Assembly: GCA_951406725.2 (NCBI GenBank)
Contig: OX597819.1
Coordinates: 9,114,001-9,178,000, forward strand
DNA length: 64,000 nucleotides
Direction of reading: 5' to 3'
From: Octopus vulgaris
Taxonomy: Eukaryota
A program made the translations under genes and the position numbers. Shown piece by piece: positions 28,801 to 43,000 of the stretch. Every line of letters begins with the position of its first letter. Positions within the stretch are counted from its first letter, which is position 1. Under the pieces are notes generated by a model, which saw only the letters and a list, made by a program, of their open reading frames with translations, was not told the DNA's origin and ran no database searches.

Positions 28801-30760
28801 TTAGCCCTAAAGCAGAGAGAAAGAGCAACACCCATGACATTTCCAAAGCCTCCACAAGTGAAAGAAACAAGCCTATTGAATGTCATAGTAGGAAGTCGTA
28901 CATGAAAATATCAAGCTACCTAAAGATTAGAAAGCTGATCCAAGTTCCTTCGACAGATCCATCTAACTCATACCAAAAATAAACAGATGATGATGATGGT
29001 GGTAAAGTGTTAGGTTTCCAAATAACAGACTTGAAGGCTTAAGAGGTAAAAATCAAAGATTCTACATTTCTGTAACCATGTTGTATTCTAGATTAAGGAT
29101 TTACTAAAAGTTAACAGGAGCAAACTAAACAACATCTAGAATAATTTAATGTTTCAGTTTGATCAGTTATTTATAAAATAGTGCAGGCGCAGGAGTGGCT
29201 GTGTGGTAAGTAGCTTGTTTACCAACTACACGGTTCCGGGTTCAGTCCCACTGCGTGGCATCTTGGGCAAGTGTCTTCTGCTATAGCCCTGGGCCGACCA
29301 ATGCCTTGTGAGTGGATTTGGTAGATGGAAACTGAAAGAAGCCTGTTGTATATATATATATATATATATATTTATGTATGTGTTTGTCCCCCCACCATTG
29401 CTTGACAACCAATGCTGGTGTGTTTACGCCCCCGTCATTTAGCGGTTCGGCAAAAAGAGACCGATAGAATAAGTACTGGGCTTACAAAGAATAAGTCCCG
29501 GGGTCGATTTGCTCGACTAAAGGTGGTGCTCCAGCATGGCCGCAGTCAAATGACTGAAACAAGTAATAGAATAAGTAAACAGGAGGTAAACTACAATACT
29601 TTTATGAAACATTATATTACAATCTGAACAACAAAGAAATTAATTCCCAATAATTTAATTCTTGACAAGAAATGTTTTTAGTCATTAGGGAAATGAAAAA
29701 ATAAACAATTATACTTACAATATTACTTATCATATATTCTCTGATCCGTTTCTTGTAAACCTAAAAGTAAGATAAGAAATATTAAATTTCTAAATCTCTC
29801 ATAGAGATATGTACGGTGGTGGGGGCAATAGAATGGTTGCATACTGTCAATCTAACGTGAACGTGACAGTAGGGGGGTACACCACCGCTGTTTAGCCCTA
29901 AGCCAGCAGGAAGCGTCGATGCTTCCTAGGGCTAAACAGCGGTGGTGTAACCCCGCCTACTGTCACATTCACATTAGATTGACAGTATGCAACCATTCTA
30001 AAAGTAAGAATATATACAGAATTCAGTGCTGAGCTTTAAACGGTCAAGTAAGCTCTTGCTACTTTGAGATACAATTGCATTTCCATTCTAGGCTGAGAAA
30101 CTTCACTTGACAACATTCCCCAAATACCAAGGAGAAAAGCAATAATAGAAAGCAGAATGCTCAGAGACCTTTTACCTTTGTTGGCAACCAAAGGTTCCTC
30201 TCTCTCTCCAAATGAAACAAAGATTATATGATGCATGTGGGGGCATCCAGCCGTAGAAACATTGCCAGATCAAACTGGGCCTGGTGCAGCCTTCTGGTTT
30301 CCCAGACCCCAGTTGAACCATCCAACCCATGCTAGCATGGAAAGCGGATGCTAAACGATGATGATGATGATGATGTGTACAAAGAGCAGTGTTAAGGAAG
30401 ACTAGAGAGAAACAAATCTGATATGCTCTGCTGGATGTGCAATGTCAGTGTATATGTGACAGACTGCTACTGTACTGAGAGAGGAATTCGGCTTAAGAGG
30501 AACTGGATGCAGTGTGCAAGAGAAGATTGTGCTGATGTGATCATGTGATGCATATAAATATGTACAGTTGTATAAAGTGCCAATCTCTCGGAGTGGTTGG
30601 CATTAGGAAGGGCATCCAGCTGTAGAAACAGCCAGATCAGATTGGAGCCTGGTGCAGCCATCTGGTTCGCCAGTCCTCAGTCAAATCGTCCAACCCATGC
30701 TAGCATGGAAAGCGGATGTTAAACAATGATGTGTACACACGCACACAGACACAAACACAC

Positions 30761-30794
<34 letters not shown>

Positions 30795-32285
30795 ATATAT
30801 ACATAGATATACACACATAGATACACATATATATATATATACATACCTACATACAAATACATACATACATATACACACATAGATACACATATATATATAT
30901 ACATACATACATACAAATACATATATACACGCGCATACATATATACATATAAACATATAAATATGTCTTTCTAATAGGTGTAGGAGTGGCTGTGGGGTAA
31001 GTAGCTTGTCTACCAATCACATGGTTCCGGGTTCAGTTGCACTGCGTGGGACCTTGGGCAAGTAACTTCTACTATAGCCTCGGGTCGACCAAAGCCTTGT
31101 GAGTGGATTTGGTAGACGGAAACTGAAAGAAGCCCGTCGTATATATGCTTCATCATCATCATCGTTTAACGTCCGCTTTCCATGCTAGCATGGGTTGGAC
31201 GGTTCAACTGGGGTCTGGCAAGCCCGAAGGCTGCACCAGGCCAGTCAGATCTGGCAGTGTTTCTACAGCTGGATGCCCTTCCTAACGCCAACCACTCCGA
31301 GAGTGTAGTGGGTGATTTTATGTGCCACCGACACAGGTGCCAGACGAGGCTGGCAGACGGCCACGCTCGGATGGTGTTTTTTATGTGCCACCGACACAGG
31401 TGCCAGACGAGGCTGGCTGACGGCCACGCTCGGATGGTGTTTTCTTATGTGTCACCGACACAGGTGCCAGACGGGGCTGGCGGACGGCCACGCTCGGATG
31501 GTGTTTGTTACGTGCCCTCAGCACGGAGGCCAGTCGTTGCGGTACACTGGCTACGATCACGTTCGGATGGTTTTCTTATGTGCCACCGGCACTGGTACCA
31601 CAAGGATACAAATTCCAATACACATGTGTGTGTGTGTGTATGTTTGTGTGTCTGTGTTTGTTCCCCAACATCACTTGACAACCAATGCTGGTGTTTACGA
31701 CACCGTAACCTAGTGGTTCAGCAAAAGAGACCAATAGAATAAATACTAGGCTTACAAAGAACAAGTCCTGGGGTCGATTTGCTCGACTAAAGGCAGTGCT
31801 CCAGCATGGCCACAGTCAAATGACTGAAACAAGTAAATGAGTATATATACACATACATATACACACACATATATAAACATATACATATATGTATATACAC
31901 ACACACACACACATTCATATATACATATCTATACATATGTACATACATAAATTCTCACTATGTATATATGTATATATATGCAAGTATGCATATGTATGCT
32001 TATATACATGTATATATATACGCATACATATATGTACATATGTATGTTTATATGTGTATAAATACGTGTGTATGTACATATGTATATACATGTGTATATA
32101 TATATATATATACATATATACACACATGCATATATATACTCATATACACATATATACACACACATGCACATATATATACACACACTTATGCACACATAGA
32201 TATGCACAAATATATACACACACATACACTCACATGCATACATACAAAGATACACACATACACCTACATATATACATATACACAA

Positions 32286-32318
<33 letters not shown>

Positions 32319-35300
32319 ATACACACACACATTCACATAAATACATATCTATGCATACATATACATACATACACATACACACACATACATATATATACTT
32401 ACACACACATATACACACATATATAAACATATATACATACACTTAGAAGGCTATGGTTGACCGGTGATCAAAATAGAAGACACTTGTCCAAATATGTGTG
32501 TGTGTGTGTCAATGTCTGTTCTCCCTCACCACTTGACAACCGATGTTGGTGTGTTTATGTCCTTGTAACTTAGCAGTTCGGCAAAAGAGTCCAATAGAAT
32601 AAGTACAGGTCAATCTCTTTGACCTGCAAACCTTTTTTAAATACCAGTAAGAAAATAAACTCTGGTGAAATCAACTGACAATATCTTTTCCCACACAAAT
32701 ATTTAACTATCACCAAATCAAATGCAAACATACTACAATACATACTTTTCTGACACAAGGGAAAGCTAAAAGTTGTTCAACGATTGGTCGACTGGTTGGG
32801 TCAGGATCCAGCATTTGTCGAATCACATACTTCAGATCAAATGACCGACCTACAAGGTAAACAAACAAAAATGGAAGCATCAAAAATATTTTCAAAATTA
32901 CAGAGTAATATGAGTATTATTAAATCTCAGAATGAGATGTAAACAGTAATCGCTCGATAATGTAAAGTATAGAAGCCATCTTAATATGGCTAACCACATA
33001 GGGGAGGGGGTGTTACTGTAGCTCTATAGCCCCAGGAGATCGTCGTCTCCAGCTGGCTTTAGACACCATTTCAGTGCCCTTGAAGTATTTGCAAAGGGAG
33101 GCCATCCCTTTCTCGCAAGCCTGAGTGATACGCATGGACTAGTTTCGGGATTTTTGTCCCTTATCAACTGGTGGTAACCACCAGGTCGCGATGAAAGAGA
33201 AGGCTGCTTTGCAAATATATAAGAGTTTTTCTAGTGACGTCTGCCACTGATTTCGAAAAACTGACTGTAAGCATTATTAAATCTCAGAATGAGATGTAAA
33301 CAGTAATCGCTCGATAGGGCACTGAAATGGTGTCTAAAGCCAGCTGGAGACGACGATCTCCTGGGGCTATAGAGCTACAGTAACACCCCCTCCCCTATGT
33401 GGTTAGCCATATTAAGATGGCTTCTATACTTTACATAGAGTAATACGATTCTTCTAGGAAGTGTCAAGGAATCATTTTCATGGTGCTAAGTATAATAATA
33501 TTTTCTTACATAGGCACAAGGCAGGAAGCAGTCAAGTACTGACTAGAGTACTGCTATTTTATTAACCCTAAAATAATAATCCTATTATAGGCACAAGGCC
33601 TGAAATTTTGGGGAAAGTGACAGAATACATCGATCCCAGTGCACAACTTGTACTCATTTCATCAACTCCAAAAGGATGAAAGGCAAAGTCAACCTCAGCA
33701 GAATTTGAACTCAGAATATAAAGACACATAAAATGCTGCTAAGCACTCTGTCAAGTGTAGTAATGATTCTGCTAGCTCACTATCTTCAACTTTACAATTT
33801 CATTTACCAATAAGGTAACAGTGGAGGGGACATTAAAAAAAATATATAAAGAGTTTACAAAGAAATCAGATAAGACTAAAAATATTTACAACATACAAAT
33901 ATGAGATATACCGTATTTGACGGCATATAGGACGCACTTTTTTCCAAAAAAAATCGCCCTGCGTCTAATCTTCTCCCAGACGCTCACTAACCTAGCTTAC
34001 GATAAGTATTTCTACCTACGATAACACCTTAATGATATTTTCCGTACTCATGCATCATTATTTTATTGCTAGTATTATTATTATTATTATTATTACTATT
34101 ACCAGTATTATTACTTTAAAATACGAATTATCGTAAAAATCAAAGAAATCTACCGTAAATTGTTAGGCTGCGATCCATGACATACGTTTACTAATATCAG
34201 CTGATCGGAACCCTAACTCGATGCCATCTGACGGTGAGCTAGACTGCTTTCAACAATATATGCTTAAATACACTTGAAACTTTTTTTCCTGAATTTGACC
34301 TGCTGAAATGAGGGTGCGTCTAATATGCCAGTGCATCTAATATGCCGTCAAATACGGTAATCCTCAGAGAGGATGAATTCCCACAGATCCAAGATCACCT
34401 CCAGCTACCAAGGATAAATACCATTTTTATGGTAGTCCCCTACCTTTTAAGGAATTTAATGAAGGAGAGCACTTTCCAACCTAATAGACAATACTTTCCT
34501 CCATATACAATATCAGTACACACAGAGCTTACCTTGAAGAAATTCTTCGGGAATTTGGCCATGTCTCAGCATGTGCCAACCCTCACCACCTCTGGGTAGA
34601 TCTAGATCACTAGATAGTTCTAGAATGGTCATGCCAAGACTTTGAAAAAATAAAACAAGTAAACATAAACATCTTCAAACAACAAAGTACAAACTGGGTT
34701 GGTTTTTTTGTTTTTAATTAAACTGAGAACAGTTTGATTAAATTCAATATATTACTCTTATATATTTCAGTGATACCTACAACATTAGAACTAAAAACAA
34801 GAAGGTACCAAACATAATGCAATAAAATATCCACATCAGTAGCTATATAGGAGCCTTGGTGGGTGCCTGAGAGGCAGTTGGATTGAACCTACACTAGCCT
34901 CCTTATGAGAGCTCAAAATCTCTCGTGGAAGCACCATCCAACCAAAATGCAAATATATGGGAAACTACCACCTGTGTCATCTCTTGTGAAAGGTAGGAGA
35001 GTCCAGTTTGCTGGACATTGTTGTAGAGCTGAAAAAGAGGCAATTTCTACTCTTCTCCTCTGGAAGCCATCTACTCGCAATACCAGAGGGCGCACACTCT
35101 CCTACCCTGATGTAATCTCCAGGGATACAGGCATCCAGCAACAGGACCTCCGTAATGCCATGATGGACCGTGAAGTCTGGCGTAGCATGGTAAATTCCAT
35201 TGTCTCGACCACGGTCGAACAATGATGATGATGATGGGTGCCTGACTTCCTAGAAATAGTAGTGAAATCTTCATAATACATGCCTCTCTTTTTAAAAAAA

Positions 35301-38300
35301 GATTTAGTGAGCAAGATTACATTAGTTAATAATGTAACTTCACATTTTGCTGACAAAAAAAAAAAGAAAAAGAAATACTCAACCATGGCTAAACAACAAA
35401 AAACTATTTATCTCTACCACCTTACATATCTTAGCTCTGAAAGAGATAGCTTGCTTCAGATTGAAGAAGAAAAGCTTCTGTAACATCATCATCATCATCA
35501 TTTAGCATCCGTTTTCCATGCTAGCATGGGTTGGACGGTTCAACTGGGGTCTGTGAAGCCAGAAGGCTGCATCAGGCTCCAGTCTGATCTGGCAGTGTTT
35601 CTATGGCTGGATGCCCTTCCTAACGCCAACCACTCTGTGAGTGTAGTGGGTGCTTTTTACGTGCCACCCGCACAGGTGCCAGACGGCCACGGACGGATGG
35701 TGCTTTTTACGTGCCACCGGCGCGGGGGCCAGGCGAGGCTGGCAACGGCCACAAACGGATGTTGGATGGTGCTTTTACGTGCCACCGGCACGGAGGCCAG
35801 TCGGGGCGGCGCTGGCAACAGCCACGAACGGATGGTGCTTTTTACGTGCCACCAGCAGTTATGCAATTTCTAAAGAGCATTAACCTAAGAGACAGTTAAA
35901 AACACATTCAGTCAGCTGTAGTGCTTGCACATAGTTTGGTAGAATCTGGATTTCTTACCTGTGTAGAGGAAAGAGGATTGTGTGATATTCAAGACCTGAC
36001 CAAAGGTATTAGCAATGTAAAGAGACTGTTTCAATGGGAGAATAAACCATTATGTGGCTCCCTTAACAGGACCTTTAGAGTAAATTTTATGCAATAATGT
36101 TTCTTTCAAATGAACAAGACCCTAGTGTCTCCTTCAAGGAAAGGGAATTGAGAAGCTGTGACAACAATGCCTTTCCTTTGAATATTAGTGACATGTGTAT
36201 TTGACTAGAAGGAAGCACTCCGTCGGTTACGACGACGAGTGTTGCAGTTGATCCGATCAACGGAACAGCCTGCTCGTGAAATTAACGTGTAAGTGGCTGA
36301 GCACTCCACAGACACGTGTACCCTTAACGTAGTTCTCGGGGATATTCAGCGTGACACAGAGAGTGACAAGGCCGGCCCTTTGAAATACAGGTACAACAGA
36401 AACAGGAAGTAAGAGTGAGAGAAAGTTGTGGTGAAAGAGTACAGCAGGGATCACCACCATCCCCTGCCGGAGCCTCGTGGAGCTTTTAGGTGTTTTCGCT
36501 CAATAAACACTCACAACGCCCGGTCTGGGAATCAAAACTGCAATCCTATGACCGTGAGTCCGCTGCCCTAACCACTGGGCCATCGCACCTCCGTATCCGT
36601 ATTTGACTAACATCCATGGTAAATGCCAGTATGGGTTGGACAGATTGAGGGGAGCTGGCCAGGCAGGAGCCTGCACCAGGCTTCTGTCTGTTTTGGCAGG
36701 GCTTTTACAGCAGGATGCCGTTCCTAACATCAAGCACCCTGTAGAGTGGACTGAGTGCCTTTTAGGCAGCAGTTTAAGCACAGGCAAGGTCAGTTTTGGC
36801 ATGGTTTTTACAGCTGGATGCCCTTCCAAATGCCAACCACTTTACAGTGTGGACTGGATGCTTTTTACGTGGCACCAACACTGGCAGGGTCACCAAGTAA
36901 CTTGCAAGACAAAGAATCTTTGGGAGAACCATTGGTGGAGGTCATCTTGTGTTGGATAATGAAAGGTTATAGTGAGACAGAGACAGAAACAGGTATCTTG
37001 CTGTAGGAGAGGTACATGGTTACCCAGAGAGAGAGAGAGAGAGAGAGAGAAGAATGAGGACAGAAACAGGTATGTTGCTGAGAAGGAAATACATGGTTAC
37101 CAAGTCATAAGTGATTTAGTCAGCCTTATAATCAATGGCATTATAGCTATAACCACACTGTTTTTGGGGGGCTTTTTCTTTAACATCTAGGAATATATTC
37201 TCTAATGTGCCCATTCCTTTTTAGGAGAGCAAGCTGTGACCTAAGAGCTATTTGGCAACTACTTCTAGCAAATTCATGCTGCATCAACATAAGATTTACA
37301 TAAAGTTAGAATGGTTCACAGCTAAAATATGCAGCAGTAATACAAAATTGATGATTATTTCATTAGCTAGGAAAACAAAGTGAAGAGTCCCATGGACTTG
37401 ATCCATTCCAGAGTGGAAGAAAATTAAATCACAAGACCATTTTTATTCTCACAAAAATTCTCTTTACATTCTTTAACCCTTTAGTGTTCAGATTATTCTG
37501 TCAAATGTGATGTTTGTTTATTTATATTGTTTTGAATTAATCATGTATTATCTTGTAATTTAGAGATTTCAGTGATGTGATTTTTTTAGTTTTAGAATGA
37601 CATGGTAGGGCTGAGGTGAGAGGTGAGATCTGGTCAGTTTCAATATAAAACAGGTTAAATATTCTGGCTGGATATGGCCAGTTTGAATGCTAAAGGGTTA
37701 AAGTTCTCCCTTTCCAATCACAGACTCAAAGTCACACACAGAATAATATCAACGGAAATACAAACAAAAAAGAAAAATAAGATACTAAAAAATATTCACC
37801 TAAATATATCTGCAGGCTTACCAAACTTTCCTTCAAGCAACTCAGGTGCTAAATATTGAGGGTCACCTTCTTGAGCATCAGATATGTCATAACCCTGTTC
37901 AAATAGAACACAACATGGGATTATCATCATCATCATACCTTTCCCCCTCTTCTGATGTCCCCCAGCCACCTATTCTACCTTCTAGTGATACCAGAAAAAG
38001 TGAGACTCTGAGAATGAAAAAAGGGTGAGCATCAATTATGTCAAACAAGTAAATTTAAATCATCACTGAAGGAAGAGAGGCAATAAAAATGTTTACTAAG
38101 TAAAGAGACAACATACCTTGCTAACATCGAGGACAAGACCAAAATCACCAAGTTTACAGATGTCATCAAACGATAGGAAAATGTTCTCTGATTTTATATC
38201 CATGTGGACCAAGTTATGAACATGAAGATGCTTCAAAGCCTAAATAAACAGAAAGGTTCAACGGATAATGGAAGGTTTTGGCATGTAAAAATCGAAGTAT

Positions 38301-38833
38301 GTGTTCTATTTACATATATATATATATATATATAGGTGGTATATCATTTTACCTTTGCCCATATAATACAGTAAATGAATTGATTGCATCGCAATCCTGA
38401 ACATTTATGTATTAACTTTGTTGGGTACTTCACTAGCAGTATATTGGATATATGTTATCCCATGGAGGGTTGCATTTACAACCCCTATCTCAATTTGTAT
38501 ATATATATATATATATATATATTTATAAGTAAGGATAATATCGATATTATCAAGTGGCCACAATGGGAAAAATACCATACAAAGGTAATCATTTTTTTAC
38601 AACTAAAAATAAGGGTGTCTGAGAGACACCACCATGCCGAAATAGCAGTCAAAACTCTGACTCTAAGAACCACGTTAAATGTTCATTTTGCACCATGAGA
38701 TAAGACAGAGGGACAAAATAGACTAGCAAAAAATATTACTGAATAATTCAAGATCCTGGATTTCTAGCTATGAGTCAGGGTTTTGACTGCTATTTCAGCA
38801 TGGTGGTGTCTCTCAGACACCCTTATTTTTAGT

Positions 38834-38867
<34 letters not shown>

Positions 38868-39965
38868 AACACACTAGCAGAGATACTCAGCATTGCCCGT
38901 GTTACATGCAATTGAAGGATTAGACTTTTCTGTTATATTTTCTCTAATGAACTGGAATACCTGATTCGAATTTCATCAAAATTGCAGATGAGAGTTATCT
39001 CCCTCTTTACACACCCTAAAAAATTCTAATCATGATACATGAATCCCATGCTACTGATCTTTATGTGCAGATTCCAAAATTCCAGTCTTATGGAACCTGT
39101 TAAAAGGATTTTGCTCCTGAAAAATGGAGGTCATGGAGCTCTAAAATGTGGAAGTTAAAGCCCCTATTAGGGATGGATGTCTTAATATCAACCAGAGAAG
39201 TTGAATTGTTGAGAATCTTTAAAGCATATCAATCAGCTTGATTCCTTCCATATGAGATGTCTGTGTTCTATTTGCAATGTTAAATGGCAAGACCGTGTTC
39301 GAAATAGTGAGTTACTGGAGAGGTGTGAGATCACTGGTATTGAAACATTTAAAGATACAAATGTAGTGGTCTGGTCATCTCGTAAGAATGGATGACTCAA
39401 GAGTTCCAAAGCAGCTTTTTTATGGGCAATTAACAAATTCTTCCTGTCTGCTTCTTCGTTACAAGGACAAACTAAAAGACAATCTGAAGTGTTGTGACGT
39501 TGCTCTGAGCTCCTGGGAGAGTGCAGCAGGGGATCGCAGCAAATAGAGGAAAATGTGTTTTCTAAAGACTAGAGAATTTGAAAGTAACCGCCTTCGTCAT
39601 AGGGATGCCCTTCGTGCAAATTTGAAAGCAACACATCAGCAAAATCCATCAAACAATGATTGTGTGTGTCACTGTTGGTTCAAAGCACAAAGCAAAGCTG
39701 GGTTAGCTGTCCACTCGAGAAGACATTTTGAACCAACGAATACATGCAGGTGTACCATTTGCGAGAAAGTGTGCAAGACATCTGCTGGATTGAAGGTACA
39801 CATGCGATGTCACAAGGCTTAGGAATTGTTGAAGGTTATTTACTGAACCCTCATTCATCGTCATCGATGAGAGAATCCACCATATATATATATACTCTTT
39901 TACTTGTTTCAGTCATTTGACTGTGGCCATGCTGGAGCACCGCCTTTAGTCGAGCAAATCGACCT

Positions 39966-40009
<44 letters not shown>

Positions 40010-43000
40010 TTATATATATGTATGTATGCCTGTATATATGTGAGATAATAGTTTTACTTTAATAGCTTCACTTTATACTGAAACTATTAAAGTGAAAATA
40101 TCTGACGTTACAATAGAGAGATGTTATTATTTCACTTTTGAAACATAATACTGAAATAGTGGAGAAGATATGATATTGCTCTGGGCTTGCACTAGGCAAG
40201 AAGTTAAAAAATTTTGGGGCCTATGACACTCCATGAACCCTAAGTAAGGCATGTGTAAAATTTGAATGAAATTGGTTGAGTAGTTCTCAAGTCTTAGGGA
40301 TTCACACAGACAGGCAGACACACATTCTCATCTTTATAATATACACACACACACACACACATATATACATATATATACATACACACAACATCGTTTAACA
40401 GCCATCTTCGATGCATGCATGCATGGATAGGACAGGTGACAAGAAGTGAGCAAGTAAAAAAACTACCCTAGGCTACTGTGTCTGTTTTGGCAGGGTGTTT
40501 ATGGCTGGATACTCTAACACCAACCACTCGGCAGAGTGGACTCAGGGCTTTTTATATGGCACTAGCACAGGCGAGGTTAATTTTGACATGATTTTTACAG
40601 ATTTATACCCTTCCAAATGCCAACCACTTCACAGTGTGAAGCGGATGCTTTTTACATGGCTCCAGCACAAGCAGGACCACCTAGTAACTCACAAGACATG
40701 GAATTATGAGACGGATAGGGGTCATTTGAGGAGGGGAACTTGTGTGAGAGGATGAAAGGCTAGAGTGTGACAAAGAGACAGGGAGGCAGAAACAGGTGTC
40801 TTGTTATGATGGAGGGGACATTAGAGGATGTGATCCAGTATCAGATGATGAAAGGTTAGTGAGATAGAGATAGATAGAGAGGATTTAAAATCAAAAGCAG
40901 TTAAAAAGCAACTTGTCTCTTACCATTAATAAATCTACAAGGAATTTCCATATCAATGTTTCAGAAATGTTGTGATTTTTCTCAGCAAAATCATAGAGGC
41001 TACAAAGAAATAATAAGTTATTACAACCAAAAACTTTAATTTCACATAAATTTAAGCAACATTTTACAAGCTCTGGATTCCAAGTTCAAATCTTGACATG
41101 GTCAATTTTGTGTTTTATCACTTTGAGGCAGTCGATACTGTTCAACCCCCAGGTTGGCCCCAAACAAGCAGACTTATAATTAAAGGTGCTCCAGATGTGT
41201 CAATCCTGCCTATTTTCTAAACAACCATATCAAACATACTCTTTCTCAGGAATCTGATTTGAGAGATATGTGGCTGTTATTCCTAGTATGTTGAGTCACC
41301 ACTAGTCATCTCCATTGATTCATTTTAGAGTCGATAAGTACCAGTGATGTATTGGGATTAGATCAGTTGACTGATTTACCCTTACAAGTTTATGGCTTTG
41401 TGCCCTCTGTATGCACTAAGAATTATCAGAAATCACAGATAATAATTAGACAATGAACAATAAAACCCAATTAATGTTATTTTATATCTACTTTTCTATG
41501 TTAATATGTATTTTAAAGCATACTAAATTTGATTGTTTATCATAGTAACACAGTGCTATTAGTTGCTCTTCAGGAGGCGCAATGGCCCAGTGGTTACGGC
41601 AGCGGACTCGCGGTCATAGGATCACGGTTTCGATTCCCAGACCGGGCGTTGTGAGTGTTTATTGAGCGAAAACACCTAAAGCTCCACGAGGCTCCGGCAG
41701 GGGATGGTGGTGATCCCTGCTGTACTCTTTCACCACAACTTTCACTCTTACTTCCTGTTTCTGTGGTACCTGTATTTCAAGGGGCCGGCCTTGTCACTCT
41801 CTGTGTCACGCTGAATATCCCCGAGAACTACGTTAAGGTGCACGTGTCTGTGGAGTGCTCAGTCACTTACACGTTAATTTCACGAGCAGGCTGTTCCGTT
41901 GATCGGATCAACCGGAACCCTCGTCGTCGTAACCGACGGAGTGCTTCCATCCAGTTGCTCTTCATTCACAGTATGGAGGTAAATAACCAAGTACTTAAGC
42001 ACAACACATAAATCCAGTTACTCAACCTAATACAGGAGACAATTAACATGCTGAAATTAGTAGTCAAATTCACCTCAAATCACACCCTACTGTCTTAAAT
42101 AAGATACACTGGACATTGTAAACAAAGAGGATGGTTGTGGTTGGAATGCCTTTGACTATCAAAAATACTTGACCAGAACTGAAATTACTTGCAGGTAAAC
42201 AACAACACTTCCCGAGATAACATACAGCAGACACTATTTAGTACTGTTCGGTTATTATGACAATCTAAGCAGCTTCAGTGGATTTTACTCCATATTCCCC
42301 AAACACCTAAACATGCATAGAGACTTCAAACTTGAAATCTTCAAAGCCACAGTCGAACCAATTCTACTATATGGCTCAGAAACCTGGACATTATCAAAGA
42401 AGCTTGAGAGGCAGTTGGATGGAACCTACACTCGCCTCCTTATGAGAGCTCAAAATCTCTCGTGGAAGCGCCATCCAACCAAAATGCAAATATATGGGAA
42501 ACTACCACCTGTGTCATCTCTTGTGAAAGGTAAGAGAGTCCAGTTTGCTGGACATTGTTATAGAGCTGAAAAAGAGGTAATTTCTCCTCTTCTCCTCTGG
42601 AAGCCATCTACTCGCAATACCAGAGGGCGCACACTCTCCTACCCTGATGTAATCTCCAGGGATACAGGCATCCAGCAACAGGACCTCCGTAATGCCATGA
42701 TGGACCGTGAAGTCTGGCGTAGCATGGTAAATTCCATTGTCTCGACCACAGTCAAACAATGATGATGAGCATGACTGATGGTCACAGCTGAATCCAATCA
42801 CAGCCAGACACAAATTTAGAAGATACTGACTATGTAACCTGATACAGCTTTCTAACTCTAGGATTAATTTTATTGACATGCTGCTTCCTTCCTGATTAAG
42901 TACAAAGGCTTTATATTTTTTGGAAAAGAATCAACTAGAATGTGGTGGTTTTCATGCCTTTTCCAGGAGTTTAAGCAGCCATAGGTTGTTAATCACTTGT

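Noticed and set aside
27091-28947. LTR retrotransposon/TRIM
   Set aside because: No TG..CA termini, TSD, PBS or PPT recognised.
31315-31600. CRISPR-like or array-like ~60 bp repeats
   Set aside because: Internal tandem units of SINE family D with no unique spacers, in a eukaryotic context.
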